64,000 bases of DNA from Vairimorpha necatrix. Lineage: Eukaryota. A model generated the notes under the pieces. That model worked only from the letters and a program-made list of their open reading frames with translations. It did no database searches and was not told the origin of the DNA. The DNA lies in contig CP142733.1 of assembly GCA_036630325.1 (NCBI GenBank), forward strand, positions 62,001-126,000, written 5' to 3'. The translations under genes were made by a program, and so were the position numbers. This document shows, in pieces, positions 47,667 through 61,400 of this stretch (its first letter is position 1; each line of letters begins with the position of its first letter).

Positions 47667-48953
47667 TTATTTTTTTTTATTTTTTCTAATTCTATTTTTT
47701 GACAACTTGTATTTTCTTTTGTTTTTTCTTACATCCAACTCTTTCTTTTCATTTTTTGAAAAAATTTTTTGTTTTTCTTCTTTTGTCATTTTCTTACAAA
47801 TATAACTTAGTTCTCTCCCGTTATTTTTTTTCTTTTTTAAAACATTTATAACTGACCTATAGGCGTAGGCTACACTTTTAGTTTTTACTCCCTTGAAACA
47901 TTCTACGTAATTTAGAATTGTATCTTTAATATCTTCACATAGTTTTTTATTTTCATTTGATTTGTCCTCATCATTTATTTTTTCGCTATTATTTGATTCG
48001 TCCTCATCGCTTGTTTCTTCTTCTGATTCAATGGTATCATTTTCGACTTCTTTGTCAAATTTGACATATAAACCTCTCATCAAATTTAAACCATAACAAA
48101 TCATGTCGTCGTCTTTAAAAGGACTACAAAATGTCTCGGCAATTATTTTGATACATTCCATAACTTCATCTTTTGTAACTGATTCTACTATGACTGACAT
48201 CAAATCTTTAACATCTTCTTTTTCGGGATCCATCATGCACAGCGCCATAGGCACGACACTCTGTTTTATATTAAATCTATTTCTAAATGTAACAAACACT
48301 TTCATCTTAGATATAACATATTCTCTCTCGTCTTTTCTCCCTACTATGTCCCTATAAAGCTTTTCTCCATATTTCTTACATTTGTTAGACAATAAAGACA
48401 TGTTCATCGTCTCTATAAAATAATTGTAACAATATTTTCTTACTTTTTGATTCTCAAAAAGTCCAGTACATATTTCCAACTCTAAATTTAATTTAAATTT
48501 ATTAAATAAAAAACAGATAAAGTAATAGCAAAATAACTTCTGCTTATCATTGCCCACTTTATAATATTTTAAAATGATTTCTAAATCGTCTTCTTGAATA
48601 ATAGTCTTAATATTGTGAATGTATTTGGGACAATCATGAACTTGATCAAGTATAAGTTTAATAAAATCTCGGCTTTTAGTTAATTTCTTGTATGTGAGTG
48701 TCATATTAGCGGCAATAAGCGCAGTTTTGAGCTTGTGAGTTTTTGCTTTACTTACGCTCTCTAATAAAACTTGAGGTAGAGATGAATCAATATTAGCATA
48801 TCTTAATAAAAAATCCATAGTTTGTCTAATTAATTTTTCGGGTTGTTTTTGTAAATCAAGTAGATGAATAAAAGATAAAATCTGTTTTTTATATTCGTCT
48901 TTATAGGGAGAAGGATCTTTATCCATATTAATTGAAAGAGTAACAATATCCAT
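47667..48953 (-). CDS. SDA1: SDA1-like 60S biogenesis protein
   Basis: KDP..YKDEY..Q N-terminus; IAETF...D..ICYGLN.MR; K.K.V..A.RS.IN. Confidence 0.8.
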   Translation of the reverse strand: MDIVTLSINMDKDPSPYKDEYKKQILSFIHLLDLQKQPEKLIRQTMDFLLRYANIDSSLPQVLLESVSKAKTHKLKTALIAANMTLTYKKLTKSRDFIKLILDQVHDCPKYIHNIKTIIQEDDLEIILKYYKVGNDKQKLFCYYFICFLFNKFKLNLELEICTGLFENQKVRKYCYNYFIETMNMSLLSNKCKKYGEKLYRDIVGRKDEREYVISKMKVFVTFRNRFNIKQSVVPMALCMMDPEKEDVKDLMSVIVESVTKDEVMECIKIIAETFCSPFKDDDMICYGLNLMRGLYVKFDKEVENDTIESEEETSDEDESNNSEKINDEDKSNENKKLCEDIKDTILNYVECFKGVKTKSVAYAYRSVINVLKKKKNNGRELSYICKKMTKEEKQKIFSKNEKKELDVRKNKRKYKLSKNRIRKNKKK

Positions 48954-49079
48954 GGGTAATTAAAAACGGAAAATTAAAAAATTTAGCAACAGAAAAAAAA
49001 AAAAAAATTTTAAAATTATTCAACAAATAAAAATTTATTATTAAAAAAAATCTACCTATTTTCATTTCGAAAAAAAACT

Positions 49080-49150
49080 TGCCAGATACGGGATCGAACC
49101 CGTGACCAAGCGGCCACAACGCTACGCTCTACCACTAAGCTAATCCAGCC
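49080..49150 (-). tRNA. tRNA-His (GTG), including a genomic G at position -1
   Basis: Reverse complement G-GCTGGAT...TT-GTG-GC...GGTTCGATCC...ATCTGGC-A, followed by a T-tract. Confidence 0.95.
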
Positions 49151-49488
49151 GAGAAATATATTTTACCAAATTATATACTGAGCTTATTTTAATATATTAG
49201 TTTTAGAATAAAGATAAATTCAACAAAAAAATATATAAATTGATCAAATCTAGAAATATTTATGAAAAAAATTTAAAAATTATTTATTTAGTCTACTTAT
49301 AATTATTTTGTAAATTGTATTACTTCACGGAAGAAATTAGCAATGTTATTTCAAACGTAATTTTCTTTTGTCTAAACCTGCACTAACTAAATATTAAGAT
49401 CTCATAATTTATTTATACGGTTTATAAACCTTTTCTATTTACGTTTTCAACAAATAAAACCAAATTGTCTCTATGACAAAAAGAAAAT

Positions 49489-50388
49489 TTAAATTAACTC
49501 ATTTATTATATTAAAATTATCTACTGTACTTTCTTTTCGATTTTCTAGCTTCCAATCCTCTTTTGACAATCTTAAAAATTCATTCTCATAAACTACAAAT
49601 TCATTTTTAAAATTATTAATATCTTTATAAAAACCGATAACTGCCTTCATAATCTTGGCTTCATCAAATTTAAATTCGCTATTATCAATTTCCAATATAA
49701 TTTTATCGGTTTCTTTTTTATTACCTACTGTTTTATTGTCTAAATATTCTTTATAATGACATTCCAACAAAAAGGTTTTTATTTCATCAAGTTTCTTACA
49801 AATTTTAATATCTAAATCTAAAAAATGTTTTCTAAGTTTTTTATATTGTTTAAAATTCTTTCGTTTTCTTATATTGAATATTATAGGATGTTGTAGTGTA
49901 TTTATTAAAACTTGTAAATCTTTAATCTCTTTTATAATATAATTTAAGTCTAGCGAAGGCTTATAAAAACTATAAATCTTTTTGCTTATTGGGATTTCGA
50001 CCATAATATGTGAATAAAGTTCAAATCTTTTTTCATATTGTAAAAAAAATTTTATAAAATTTTTAAAAATCTCATTTTCAATTTTCGGAGAAATAAATGC
50101 TTGATATAAATCGATGTTAAATGGTATATTGGAGTTATCAATCTTTAATTCTTTTAAAATTGATAAAGCGTCGACTTTGGTTAGATTATATTCATTTTCG
50201 TTTTTTTTAACATCTTCCTCAGCTTTTGGATTGATTTTTTCTTCATCTTTAATTAATTTTAATTTATAAGAATCTTTTAAGTCTTTTCGTAGAAATACAC
50301 ACATTTTGGTCTGGCTACCATCATCTAAAGTGTAATAATAAACATTCCCTAAACAGCTAATCAAACTTAGAATATAAAATCTAAACAT
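49489..50388 (-). CDS. Hypothetical, probably secreted protein
   Basis: 299-aa ORF, MFRFYILSLISCLG leader, CCC upstream. Confidence 0.75.
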   Translation of the reverse strand: MFRFYILSLISCLGNVYYYTLDDGSQTKMCVFLRKDLKDSYKLKLIKDEEKINPKAEEDVKKNENEYNLTKVDALSILKELKIDNSNIPFNIDLYQAFISPKIENEIFKNFIKFFLQYEKRFELYSHIMVEIPISKKIYSFYKPSLDLNYIIKEIKDLQVLINTLQHPIIFNIRKRKNFKQYKKLRKHFLDLDIKICKKLDEIKTFLLECHYKEYLDNKTVGNKKETDKIILEIDNSEFKFDEAKIMKAVIGFYKDINNFKNEFVVYENEFLRLSKEDWKLENRKESTVDNFNIINELI

Positions 50389-51677
50389 TTAACTAGGGTT
50401 AATATGTATAAAAATATATATATTAAAAATTTAATTTAGAAAAAAGGATATTATGGTAATTTCGTAAATCTTGTGTTTTTTGAAATTGTAATGCAAATTA
50501 AAAATTACATTTTGTGTTTTGTTTATTGAATAAAGTTTAATTATTTCAAAAACCACTTTAAACTTAGATTGCTCGATGAGAATTTTTGTACTTAGTTAAA
50601 TGCTTTTTTATAATTTTATAGTTTTACACAAGTATAATTGTCAAATTTAATCACAAAATTTAAATTGATAAGTCGTTTTGAGTCAGGGTCGATATATTTG
50701 ACATTCGCAAAAATAATTTATATTTTTTCTTTCAACAACAAATATTATATATATGTTTTATCCAAGCTGTCAAGTAACTCAAGTGATTAATGGTTAACAT
50801 TGATCAAAAGCGGAGAAATACAAATTGTGGTCTTAGAAATAATATAATCACATTATAAGACAAAGTTTGTTATTAGAAATGAAAAAAAATACATAGCACA
50901 CATATTGTTCTTCTTTTTTTGCACACGAAATTTAGTTTGTATCAAATGCAACGAAATAAAAATTAAAAGAATTTAATCAGTATTTTAATTGGCAGAAATG
51001 TTTTAATTGTCAGTTACCGGAATAACAACGAATAAATCTAAAACTTATTTTTAGAAATGAAATTCGAATGCATTACCAAATATTAAATTCTATAATGTCG
51101 TTATAATCTTCTATAATTTTAGAAATGTCAGGATTAAATAATAGTTTTACTGCAAAATGTCAACAACCTCCTTTTTTAAATACAATTTATCGTCACACAG
51201 AATATTTAAATCGTTAGAGTTTTAGTAAATTAAATCCTGACCAGCCATATTTCTAAATATGTGTAAATTTGATTGTCTACTTAAAGAATTTAAATTAAAA
51301 TAAAGCTGCAAAATATAGCTTTAATAAAAGCCTTAAAAAAAGTCAAATGTGTTTAATTATAGAAAGTTTTAGTCGATAAGTTCAATCTTAATTTATAAAT
51401 AGTAATTAATTTACTTTGCTATTTTTAATGACAGAGGTGGTCCATGGAAGTAAAAAACAAAATGTATTATGTTTTACTTATTGTTGACGTTTACACTATT
51501 ATAACGATTTCTTTATTCTCTATAATCACAATAAAATCTACAATCCCGAAAACGCATGCTTTTTTTTCTACAGCAAAACATTATATCTTTTTTTTTGTAT
51601 CTGTCTCACCGATTTAATTATTTGATCAAATTTTACATTTTATCCATCAAAAAAAAGGTAGAATTTTTACCCAAACC

Positions 51678-52613
51678 ATGTTTTTTCATTTTTTGTCAGT
51701 TGTGGTTTCTAATCTCGAAAATGCTAGCAGAAAAGAACATGTACAAATAAGTGAAGTAAATACAGAAAACTTTGATTCCTTGGGCACTGAGACCATTGCC
51801 ATGCCTTTACGCCACAAACGTAAAAATGAAAGAAATGAAGAATGTAATGAAAAAGTAACTAATAAGAATGATAACGATCTTCTTAAAATGAGACAAAATG
51901 CAGCTAATTCGAATGATATGCTCATCCCACTTGATTTATCGACTAATTCTTCGAAAACAGAGAATGTGTCATTAGTACCTAATAATATTCAGTCCATAAT
52001 AAGTCATGATACAGCAAAATTTAATTTTTTAAACTTTAAACTACAAATGTGCATTTTTAATTGGTCTTGTGAGGATTCTAATTTTAAAAAATCAAATATT
52101 AAATTAAAATTTAAAAATCCCAAAGATCAAAAAACGTATGTTAAAATAAAAGCGAGAGTATATAACTGGGTTGACAACCACAATTTCATTGTAAAAGATT
52201 TGCTAATACGACTTAAAGAATATATTTTTCAAGCTAAAATTGACGAGAACTTGAAATATTTACTATATGTACAGCTACGATTCTTTTATGAAGCCATGGC
52301 CTACATTAATAGTTTAATGCCTTTTAAGAAGAATTTCATAGATATAAGTATTGAGTTAAAAAAGAAATATAAATGTCTAATATATAGGATCCCTATGATG
52401 TTTAATTTGTTGAATTTAGTAGGAATTTATAATGATTTTGAAAAAACATTTACAAACAATTATGACAAACAGGATCCTAAGTGTTTAGAAATTTTAAAAT
52501 TATTAACTCATCTGAGTCCCATTTTTAATCATAATTATAACTGTCTTGGCAATTTTATTGGTACATTAAAAGAACTGAATATAATGATCGATAGTGCAAT
52601 TCAAATTAAATAA
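51678..52613 (+). CDS. Putative secreted effector, family member A (PLDLS motif, basic RHKRK patch)
   Basis: Short hydrophobic leader, CCC upstream, paralogous to 56041..56979. Confidence 0.8.
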   Translation: MFFHFLSVVVSNLENASRKEHVQISEVNTENFDSLGTETIAMPLRHKRKNERNEECNEKVTNKNDNDLLKMRQNAANSNDMLIPLDLSTNSSKTENVSLVPNNIQSIISHDTAKFNFLNFKLQMCIFNWSCEDSNFKKSNIKLKFKNPKDQKTYVKIKARVYNWVDNHNFIVKDLLIRLKEYIFQAKIDENLKYLLYVQLRFFYEAMAYINSLMPFKKNFIDISIELKKKYKCLIYRIPMMFNLLNLVGIYNDFEKTFTNNYDKQDPKCLEILKLLTHLSPIFNHNYNCLGNFIGTLKELNIMIDSAIQIK

Positions 52614-53228
52614 TAATGTTATTAAAGAAAATAAAATCGATAACTCTTTTTAATTTGTATATTCTATTTTTGACACAAAGATCTAAAAATCCCGCAGTTT
52701 TTTTCAATATCATATAAACTAAGTGTAGATTTTCATTAAAAACAATTTTAAGGCATATAAGTTATTTGCTTTCATTTGACATAAAGTACCCACTTATTAT
52801 TTTATCAATAAAAAAATCTGAAATTGTTTATTAAGTAATCCTACTTATAAAACTATATGATATATGTAAAATAAAATAATAATTTAATTCTATTACAATT
52901 CAAAAAGTTCATTTATCACTAGTATTGAATTAATAATTCATAATGTAAGCCAATTCAACACAAAAATGAATCTATGAATATGGCCTTATTTGTTTGTGCA
53001 TTCGGAACGTGGTGCTATATTCATTACTAAAAAAAGTTGCCTCGACTTGTTATCAGAACAATGCCCTGTAATAATTAGCTAATAATCATATTACACACTT
53101 AAACATAGTTTAAAATTTTCACTGATTATGTTTAAATGTAAATATCAAACAAATACCTATTATTAATCAAATAATATACTTATATTTTAAACCTAATTAC
53201 AACTTTAGGTTATAAAAGGTAAACTAAT

Positions 53229-53254
53229 TATATATATATATATATATATATATA
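53229..53254. repeat. (TA)13 microsatellite
   Basis: Seen directly. Confidence 0.9.
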
Positions 53255-56040
53255 AAGACATTCTTTTTTAGTTGACATTAAATCAAACTTATATTTATAA
53301 CAAATAATAAATTCGAGAGTGTTTTTATGGTTGTTCGGACGAATCTCTTTCAGATTTATCTTTTATTATTTATTTATAAAAATATTAGTCCACCATTTTC
53401 TAGAAAAAACATACATTACAATCTTTTATAATCGGTCTTTTGCTTATAACTCTAAAATGTCATTTACTCTGGAATCTTTCGTTCATTACAACTAGTTTAA
53501 TATTTTTTTTAGGTCAAAATTGTTTCTTGGTGGGCTTTCGCTTCAACATACTTATTCTAGGATTTTGTATAATCGTTTTGTAGTACGTCTAAGTATTTTT
53601 GTTAAATTTAAGCTTATAAAAATCTAGAATTTATTTTATTCATTATTATAATGAAATTTGTCCAACATAATTAAGGAAATATGCTAGAAATAAACTTTAA
53701 TCAGTGTTCTAACAAATGTATAAATATTTTTTCCCAAATAAGTCTACCTACTTCATAGTTTACTACTACGGGTTTTCTACGATATAATATGCTTTGCTAA
53801 CAATAAAATTGTTTTAAAAACTTTTTTTAAAATCTTAAAATAATAATAATGCAATAAACAAAATATATACCTTACAAAAAAACAAAACAAACATGTTCTA
53901 ACATATAAAAACTGAGTTTATATAAAAACAATACGCCTTGCCGGGTTTTAATTTTAAGTTTATTATTTTTATACTATAATTAAAAAAAAATATCGCAAAA
54001 AAGGGGGTTTACCTTTTAGCAATAGCTGTGTGGCCAAACTTTAACAGTAAATTTTTGTTATATAATTATAGATATAAAGGAAAAGACTTTTATAGTTGCA
54101 TATCAAATATAACTATAGTAAATCGGTGACTTCTACATCCTGGAAACATAGACAATAATAAAAAACAAAGTAAAATGACATGTCTTTGTTAAACACCAGA
54201 TTTAATCTTATAGAAGAACTAGATTAATTTAAATCATTTTTTTAATTTAGACCAAAAACAATGGTATATCGCTGACCCACGAAAAAAAGAATTATAACAT
54301 ATGCAAGATATAGACATTATGATAAAATGGTAAAACTTCTGATTATAGTTTTGCAACATATAGCTTAAAATGTTTAAACTTTAAATTTGAGATAAAAAAT
54401 ATATGTGTCTATTATATAAGATTAATAAATTATAAATAAAATTGTTCAAAAATCTTTTTTGGAATTTAGGAAAGCATTTTATATAGATTCTCGCTCTATT
54501 ATAATAATTGAATATACACAACGATAATAATATTTCGTTGTCTAAAATATTTAAATGTCAAAATTCATGTTGTTATTTAAATTTAAGTATTGTTAAGATT
54601 ACATATTTCAGACTAATATGAAATTACTTGAAAAATACAAAATTCGATCCCGAGTTTATGTTTATATTTGCACGCACAGCTATAAAACTGAACATTTGTT
54701 TCGAAAATTAAACTTGTAAATAGTTTTTCTAGGTTTTTTTGCAACGTTTTTTGTGAATATGATGATTCTCAAAATCTAGTCTGCCGGAAATGCTAAACTT
54801 AAAAAAAATAGAAAACAAAGTGCAAATCTTTACAACGAGGTTGGAAAAAAATATAAAAATGTTTGCAGTGAAACGAAAATTCTGAAACAATTAAATAGTT
54901 TTTTTTTTCAATATTTGAACAATATTCAATTACTTTATCATTGATGATCTTATTATAAATCTTTTATTCGTCATTTCAAGATCATGAAAACAAAAGTTAA
55001 TTATTTATTTGATCAACATATAAATTAATTTATTTTTAGAAAATTAAGCGCCTATAAGCAAGTCTAAATTTTCCCGAACAATGTTTTGGGTTCTAATTTA
55101 TTTCCTAAAAGGGTTATTTGTACAAATTGAAGTCTAGAGTTCCTAGGGCAGTATCGTAATTTTTTGTCGCTAATTCGTTCGAAAACTATAAGAAGTTTAT
55201 TAATGTCGCAAATTTTGCTATTATTGTAAGCATAGCGATACCAGGCGGTGCCATCATCTTCTTGGACATATAAAGCTCGATTACATTATATTTTGAGACT
55301 TTCCGACAAAAACATACAAGACACCAATGGATGTACGTGATTATGTTTTTTAAGGAGTTTTAGATTGATTAATAAAGCTTTTTTTTATTGTATGTCATTT
55401 GATTGCTGTATTTAAATGGCTCTCGCTATTATATCGAAGTTTAATTTTTTCGCAAAATTTTCGCAATAGGATTTGGTTACTAATACATAAAATAAAATTG
55501 TAAAAAACATTTTAAAAAATAGCCATAAAAGAAAGTACATTATAAGCAGACAAAGCTTAAGAGTAGAAAATATTTAGTACAAAGTAGAAGTTTTTAAATA
55601 TGACAATGTTGCAAACATGTTTTAGGCAACCGTACCATGTTGGCACAATTTATACTCATAAAACGTTGAAATCTTAATCATATAACTTTTTTATATGGGA
55701 CTTTGAATTATATAATCCCCAAATAAAGATATATTCCATTATAAAGAATACATTAGTTGTTGAGGCCGATAATGCGCAAATATTCTAAAAATCATATCAA
55801 TTATAATTTTTATTTACTACAATCTACTAAAATTAAAAAAATAAAAACGGTGTGATGTAAATATGTTTCCGTTATGTATCAAAAGTCTCTTAGTTGGCAT
55901 TTTATTCCATTTAATTGTAAATCATTACTACTTTAATTATGAAATTATACCTAATAAAATAAAAGTGCATTTCGTATTTTTAGTTTATAATTTTATGCAT
56001 TAAAAAAACGATTATATTATATTTTTCTACAAATTAAACT

Positions 56041-56979
56041 TTAATTTACCATTTGAGATCTTTTTAATACCTCGATCATTACATTAATTTTATTGATTAA
56101 ATTGTCAAGGGTTATGAAATTCCTAAAAATTTTATGAAAGAATGAATCTGTTAGGCCATGAATTTCCATATAGATAGGATCTCCAGGATTATGATACCTT
56201 GCCAGCGTTTGGAAAAAATCAAGGAATACACCCTCTAGATTATGTTTTTGAAATATTATCGGTAGTCTGCATGTTAAACGGTTTAAACTTTCGATTAATG
56301 AAATACATAGAGGCTTGTAATTTTCTTTAAAAGGCAGTATTCTTTGTACGTAATTCATGGATTCGTATATCAGTCGAATCTGTAGACACATAAGATTTTT
56401 ATAATTTTGTTCATATTCACAATTTTCGATTAGATGCATGGTTCGTAGAAGAAAATCCTTAAGGATGCAAGATTGGTTTTTTATCCATGGATATAATCCT
56501 ATCCTGTTATGCTGATACACCTTTTGATCTTCTTTGTTGTTAAATTTTAATTTTGAATTATTATCTATAAATTTAAAATCTTGATCGTCCCATTTATCAA
56601 TAAGATGCTTCAATTTATAAAGTAGAAATTTATAATGTCTTATTTTAATCTGATCCTGTTTATGAACTAAATTAAGTCTCTTTGATTTCGTTATGATAAC
56701 AGGTAAGTCTAGTGGTTCATGGGGCATATCAGAATTAGAAGAACTTCCTGACAACAATTTGATTTTATCATATGATTTAAATTTCAAATTTAATACATTT
56801 TTTTTTCGATCGTTTATTTTTACTTTTTGGATCATATTTACCTTAATTGTTGGGTTTTGATCGATTGAAAGATTGATATTTTTTGTACTGTTATGACTTC
56901 CCTCTTTCGTTTTTGAGTTGACTTTATAAATGATATCCGTTAAATCTGAACAAATAAAAGATAAAATATGAAGAAGCAT
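56041..56979 (-). CDS. Putative secreted effector, family member B (PLDLP motif)
   Basis: Shares KLKF.N..DQK.Y, KD.L.R, Q.R..YE.M.Y....PFK.N with 51678..52613; CCC before the ATG. Confidence 0.8.
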   Translation of the reverse strand: MLLHILSFICSDLTDIIYKVNSKTKEGSHNSTKNINLSIDQNPTIKVNMIQKVKINDRKKNVLNLKFKSYDKIKLLSGSSSNSDMPHEPLDLPVIITKSKRLNLVHKQDQIKIRHYKFLLYKLKHLIDKWDDQDFKFIDNNSKLKFNNKEDQKVYQHNRIGLYPWIKNQSCILKDFLLRTMHLIENCEYEQNYKNLMCLQIRLIYESMNYVQRILPFKENYKPLCISLIESLNRLTCRLPIIFQKHNLEGVFLDFFQTLARYHNPGDPIYMEIHGLTDSFFHKIFRNFITLDNLINKINVMIEVLKRSQMVN

Positions 56980-58421
56980 GGGTAGTGGGTTGTGTAATAT
57001 TATTTATATTTGATAATTAATTGTTATTTCTATATTAAAAAGCATAATTTATTCTAATTAAATTTAGGCTTTAACAAAAACAAAAAGTAAACTTTCGATG
57101 CTAATTCAACTTTTTTTTATTAGTTAGATAAATTCGATTTTCACAAAAAGTTTGATGTAAAAAAATTATTTATTTAATTTGAATATACCCGAACAACAAT
57201 TAAAAAACTCTTTAAATAATGTTTTCCAAAACAAAATTCAAATCATCCTTAATAAAATTTATAATTAATATGATATTTATTAGTTTACATGTGTATTTTC
57301 TATAACACACATATTGATATTATTATATAGTGTTAATTTTGTCAATAATACTAATTTTGCAGAAATTTAAATGTGTTTCTATATTTTGACTTACTATACT
57401 CAAAAAATTTAAAAAGCAACTGCAGATCAAATGCACATTTATTAATCAAGAGATTTTGAGGAGCAAGATATTGTAGGATCTATGAGTAAACTTGCTGAAA
57501 CAAACTTAAACTTAAACGATGGGTAAATGGGATACGTATATATCTCTGAAATGTTCGTTACCAGTGGTTCCAAGCATTGTGTTAAGACATTAATAGCAAA
57601 TTAAATATCAATGAATACAATTTTGTATAAAAAGACATATTATTACTTGATTGATGAAATATGTTCACATTTGCATTAAAGAATTCAATGAATACTTTGT
57701 GACATCCAGCCTCAGGTGATTTATCTTTATTTTGGAACTGCAGCTTTAGTCTACAAAGTTATGTTTAATGCTAACAGAACCCCCATAAAATGTTATTTTT
57801 AGACGTTTTTTAGTAATGTAAAGATAAACATTACACGTACGATGTCCAATCTCGAGCTAATAGTGTTAACTGGAATTAATGATGATTTCCAAAGTATAAA
57901 GCCAGACCTGAGTTTACTAAAAATATAAGGCAAATTGTAAATTGCAAATACATAAAAGAGAATTAAGAACTTAGACTTCGTAATTGTATTTATAGCCCTA
58001 ATACTTAGAGGAAGACAAGTTAAATTTTTTTTACGACTCTGAAAAGGAATAGGGAGTAGCGAAAAAGCCGAGAAGAAAAAAGTGCAGTGACTATAGAAGT
58101 GTATGTTAAAAGGCTATATTAGGGGAAACAACGGGGTCAGAAGCTGGATGAACAAATGGTGTGATAAATAGGCGGAAAAGCACTATACAAGAACTTATTA
58201 TTAAGGTAGAAGCAAATGTGGTGTCCATCACTGAGGAAAGTATTTAAAATATTATTATTGTTTTTGTTAATATGTCTTTCCATCTTTCCGTACCCCTCTC
58301 CGGGTAAAATTTTTACACAAATGTTGGGGGGAAACTGGTCGAATTTGGAGGAAAATCTTTGAAATGTACTTTATGATATTTGATATATCATAGTAAGCAA
58401 CAAAGAGAAGATAATAGAAGA

Positions 58422-61400
58422 TAAAAAAGATTTATTGAGTTAATTTATCATTAAGATTAGATATTCATAGACCAGCTTCCCCCGGTATCGCTCATAAGAT
58501 TCGGCTCTTCACAAACTTTGGTTTTTGTAAAATTATTTATGTTTTTACTCCAAATTTTCAGCTTTATTCCCCTTTGCCGACACCATTTCTTTAACAGTCG
58601 CCATATTCGCTAGTGCGCTTACAGCTCTAGCCACTTGTTCTTCTCCTGATCGTATCCTCGTCGTCGTTCCAGAGAGATGGACTCTAGAGTCTTCTTTATC
58701 ACAATAGACTGGATATATGCTTCCAGGTAGGGTTGGATTAATAGCTCCCTGATGTACTTTCTGTAATATTTGGTCACCCCCATCCCATGTAATTACATAA
58801 GGAACTATTCTTGTCCGGGATTTATGTATTAATCCCAGTTCATTTGCAAGAAGGTCATATTTTCTTAGTTTTTCATTCTCAACTATAGTAAGTCGATCTT
58901 GGTTGGTTATACCTACTTCAACTATTAAAATTTCTCTCTTCTTCTTGTCAAACACAAGAATATCCGGCTTATTGTGGGTCACCTTTATACTAGTTGATAT
59001 TCTTGTATCTACTATTATTTCTGCACGATCATTTTCCATGATCTCTTGTACTGAGTGTCCACGTATTTTCTTTGTCTTCTTAAACCCATATTTAATACAT
59101 AGTAAGAGATGAATGCATCTAATTATTTCGTTGCGTCTTTTCATATAATCAAAACCCAACATTCGATCACACTTGATAGCTAAATGATCCATGGTCTTCC
59201 TATGAGATCCACAATGGGGACATTGTCCATCTTGTCCACAGAAGATATTTCTATCCTGTAGGAAGCAGTAAATTGCTTTGGATCTAGCCTGATTGTTTCC
59301 TTTAACCAGCCAGGTAGAAGAGTCCCTAATGCCTAATAAATCATTGTCCCTAGTTTTAAACAACTTTCCATGGTTTGTCCTTATGTTAATTTTGTTGTAA
59401 AGCGCTTCTTTTTGGGATTCGTTTAGTGCTTTCTGGGTTGTCTCTCCAACAAAGCTATACCTGATCCTTAGGTACTCGTTAATTGTAAACAAGTGAAATT
59501 TGCTCTCTGATTCTAATTTAAGTATCTCTGCCCGTCTTCGTGAGCTATTTCTAGACTAATCTAACAATATATACATATTCAGAAGCATACTTTCGCTTCT
59601 ATCTTCAAAACTTATGAAACCTCTACCCATTTCGGATCTATGAAAGTATAGTCTTCTTGCGGGCTGTCTATAGATGGATCTGGTACTTGATAAAAAACTG
59701 TCGGATATCAAAATAAAGAATTTTGAGTTCTATTCGTTCTAATTTTAATAATCCTACATGATAGTTTATTACTGATATTGCATGCTCGTTTATAGCTCGA
59801 ATCATATTCTTACCATTTAATTGAGTCTTGCACAGTTTTTCAACCCTCTCTAGGACCTCATTTCTTACTTTTTCAAAAGTCTCTCTTTTGACAGCACTAG
59901 AGGCATCCTCTGTTTTTCAAGGTATTTGTATCCTTGATGCCCTTCTAGTACTACTGCATCTTTACTACAATCACTACAGTTAGTTGCAGACTTACTTCTG
60001 TTCATTTCTAAACCTACAGATGAGAAAACCGTTTTAGTTCTCTCATTCATCAGTTTTAAAACGACATAGTTCTTGCGAGGAGCTTAAGATCATCAATAAA
60101 TAGAAGATGGTTTGTTACATAAAAACTTTCGTGAGTCTGTATTCCTACTTTTGGGTAAGTTGAATTCAGTTTCCTGCTCAACGATTCCATACATAGTACA
60201 AACAAAAGCGGCGACCAGGAATCACCTTGTAATATGCCCTTTCCAATCTTCTTATTCAGTATCATTTCCGATCCTTATTTTATCTCAATGTGCCACCTTT
60301 TAACAGTGACTTCTAAGAATTTGCTTATCCATTGGGGGAGATTAAACTTGCTAATGCACGTTAATAGATAAGAATGATCTACGGAGTCGTAGGCTTTCTT
60401 TACATCTATCCACATGGTCTTCAGCTTGTTTCCATGCTCCTTATTGACTGCTATATTAATCATAGCTTGTTCTTTTGCTCCTTGGACTTGTCTAACTGTC
60501 CCTAATTGGTTCTCTGCTAGTAGCCCTCTACTTTCTACAATTAGCTGCATTACTTTCGTAGTGCATTTCGTTCTAAGCTTGTAGAGGTTCGACATACTGG
60601 TAATGGGCCTGAAGTCGTTACCACTAGTGGGGGTACCTTTGGGTATAAAATAAGTAATCCCCTTGTAGAACCAAGCTTTGGGTTCTTCCCATCCAGGCAT
60701 ACTTCCTTAACAATCTTGTAAAGGAATGGGTGTAAAGCTTCACACTTCTTAATAAAGAAATTGAAGATTCCATCACAGCCTGCAGCCTTCCAATTTAGTA
60801 AATATTTAATAATATCTACAAATTCTTGCAAAGTTGGTAAAGTGATCTGATCCTGACTATCAGGAATGTATTCTAGAGATACTCCTCGAAACTATTGCAG
60901 TTTCGGATTGCTCTTTCTTATTCCACATGGTAGACCGGAATGAACTAATATCTTCATTGCTTACATTATAAGTAACCTCAGTGGCACACTTGAGTTTTCT
61001 ATAGAAATTGCTTCTATATAGCTCAAAGTTTAGATTTTTATGCCTATGCTCTCTGCGACCTCTAGCTTCCTTGAGTATATAGCTTTCCTCTAGTTGAGTA
61101 TAGCAATAGCTTCAGAAGTACTCGGTATAAACATGCAAGCATCTTAAGTTCACGCACTACCTTCCTGGCTTCACGCTTTTCCTCATTTAAAAGTTTATCA
61201 AAGGCCCTGGCATTTTTGATAAGCACTACCTTGTCTTCGATCTTAGTAATATTTTTCAAGATAATTTCTTTCAAAGACAAAGTTTTGGGCTTCTTACTGC
61301 CCATTTCCTGATAGCAGATCTGTGCAGCTTGCAGTATCCTTGCCATCTCTGTCATGTTAGAGGGGGTAAGATCTAACGTGACTATCTACCGCCTTAACTG

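Noticed and set aside
57430-58240. Coding-like or GC-richer relic sequence (also ~4270-5220 and ~39300-40110)
   Set aside because: No substantial ORF or recognisable motif; cannot be supported without a search.
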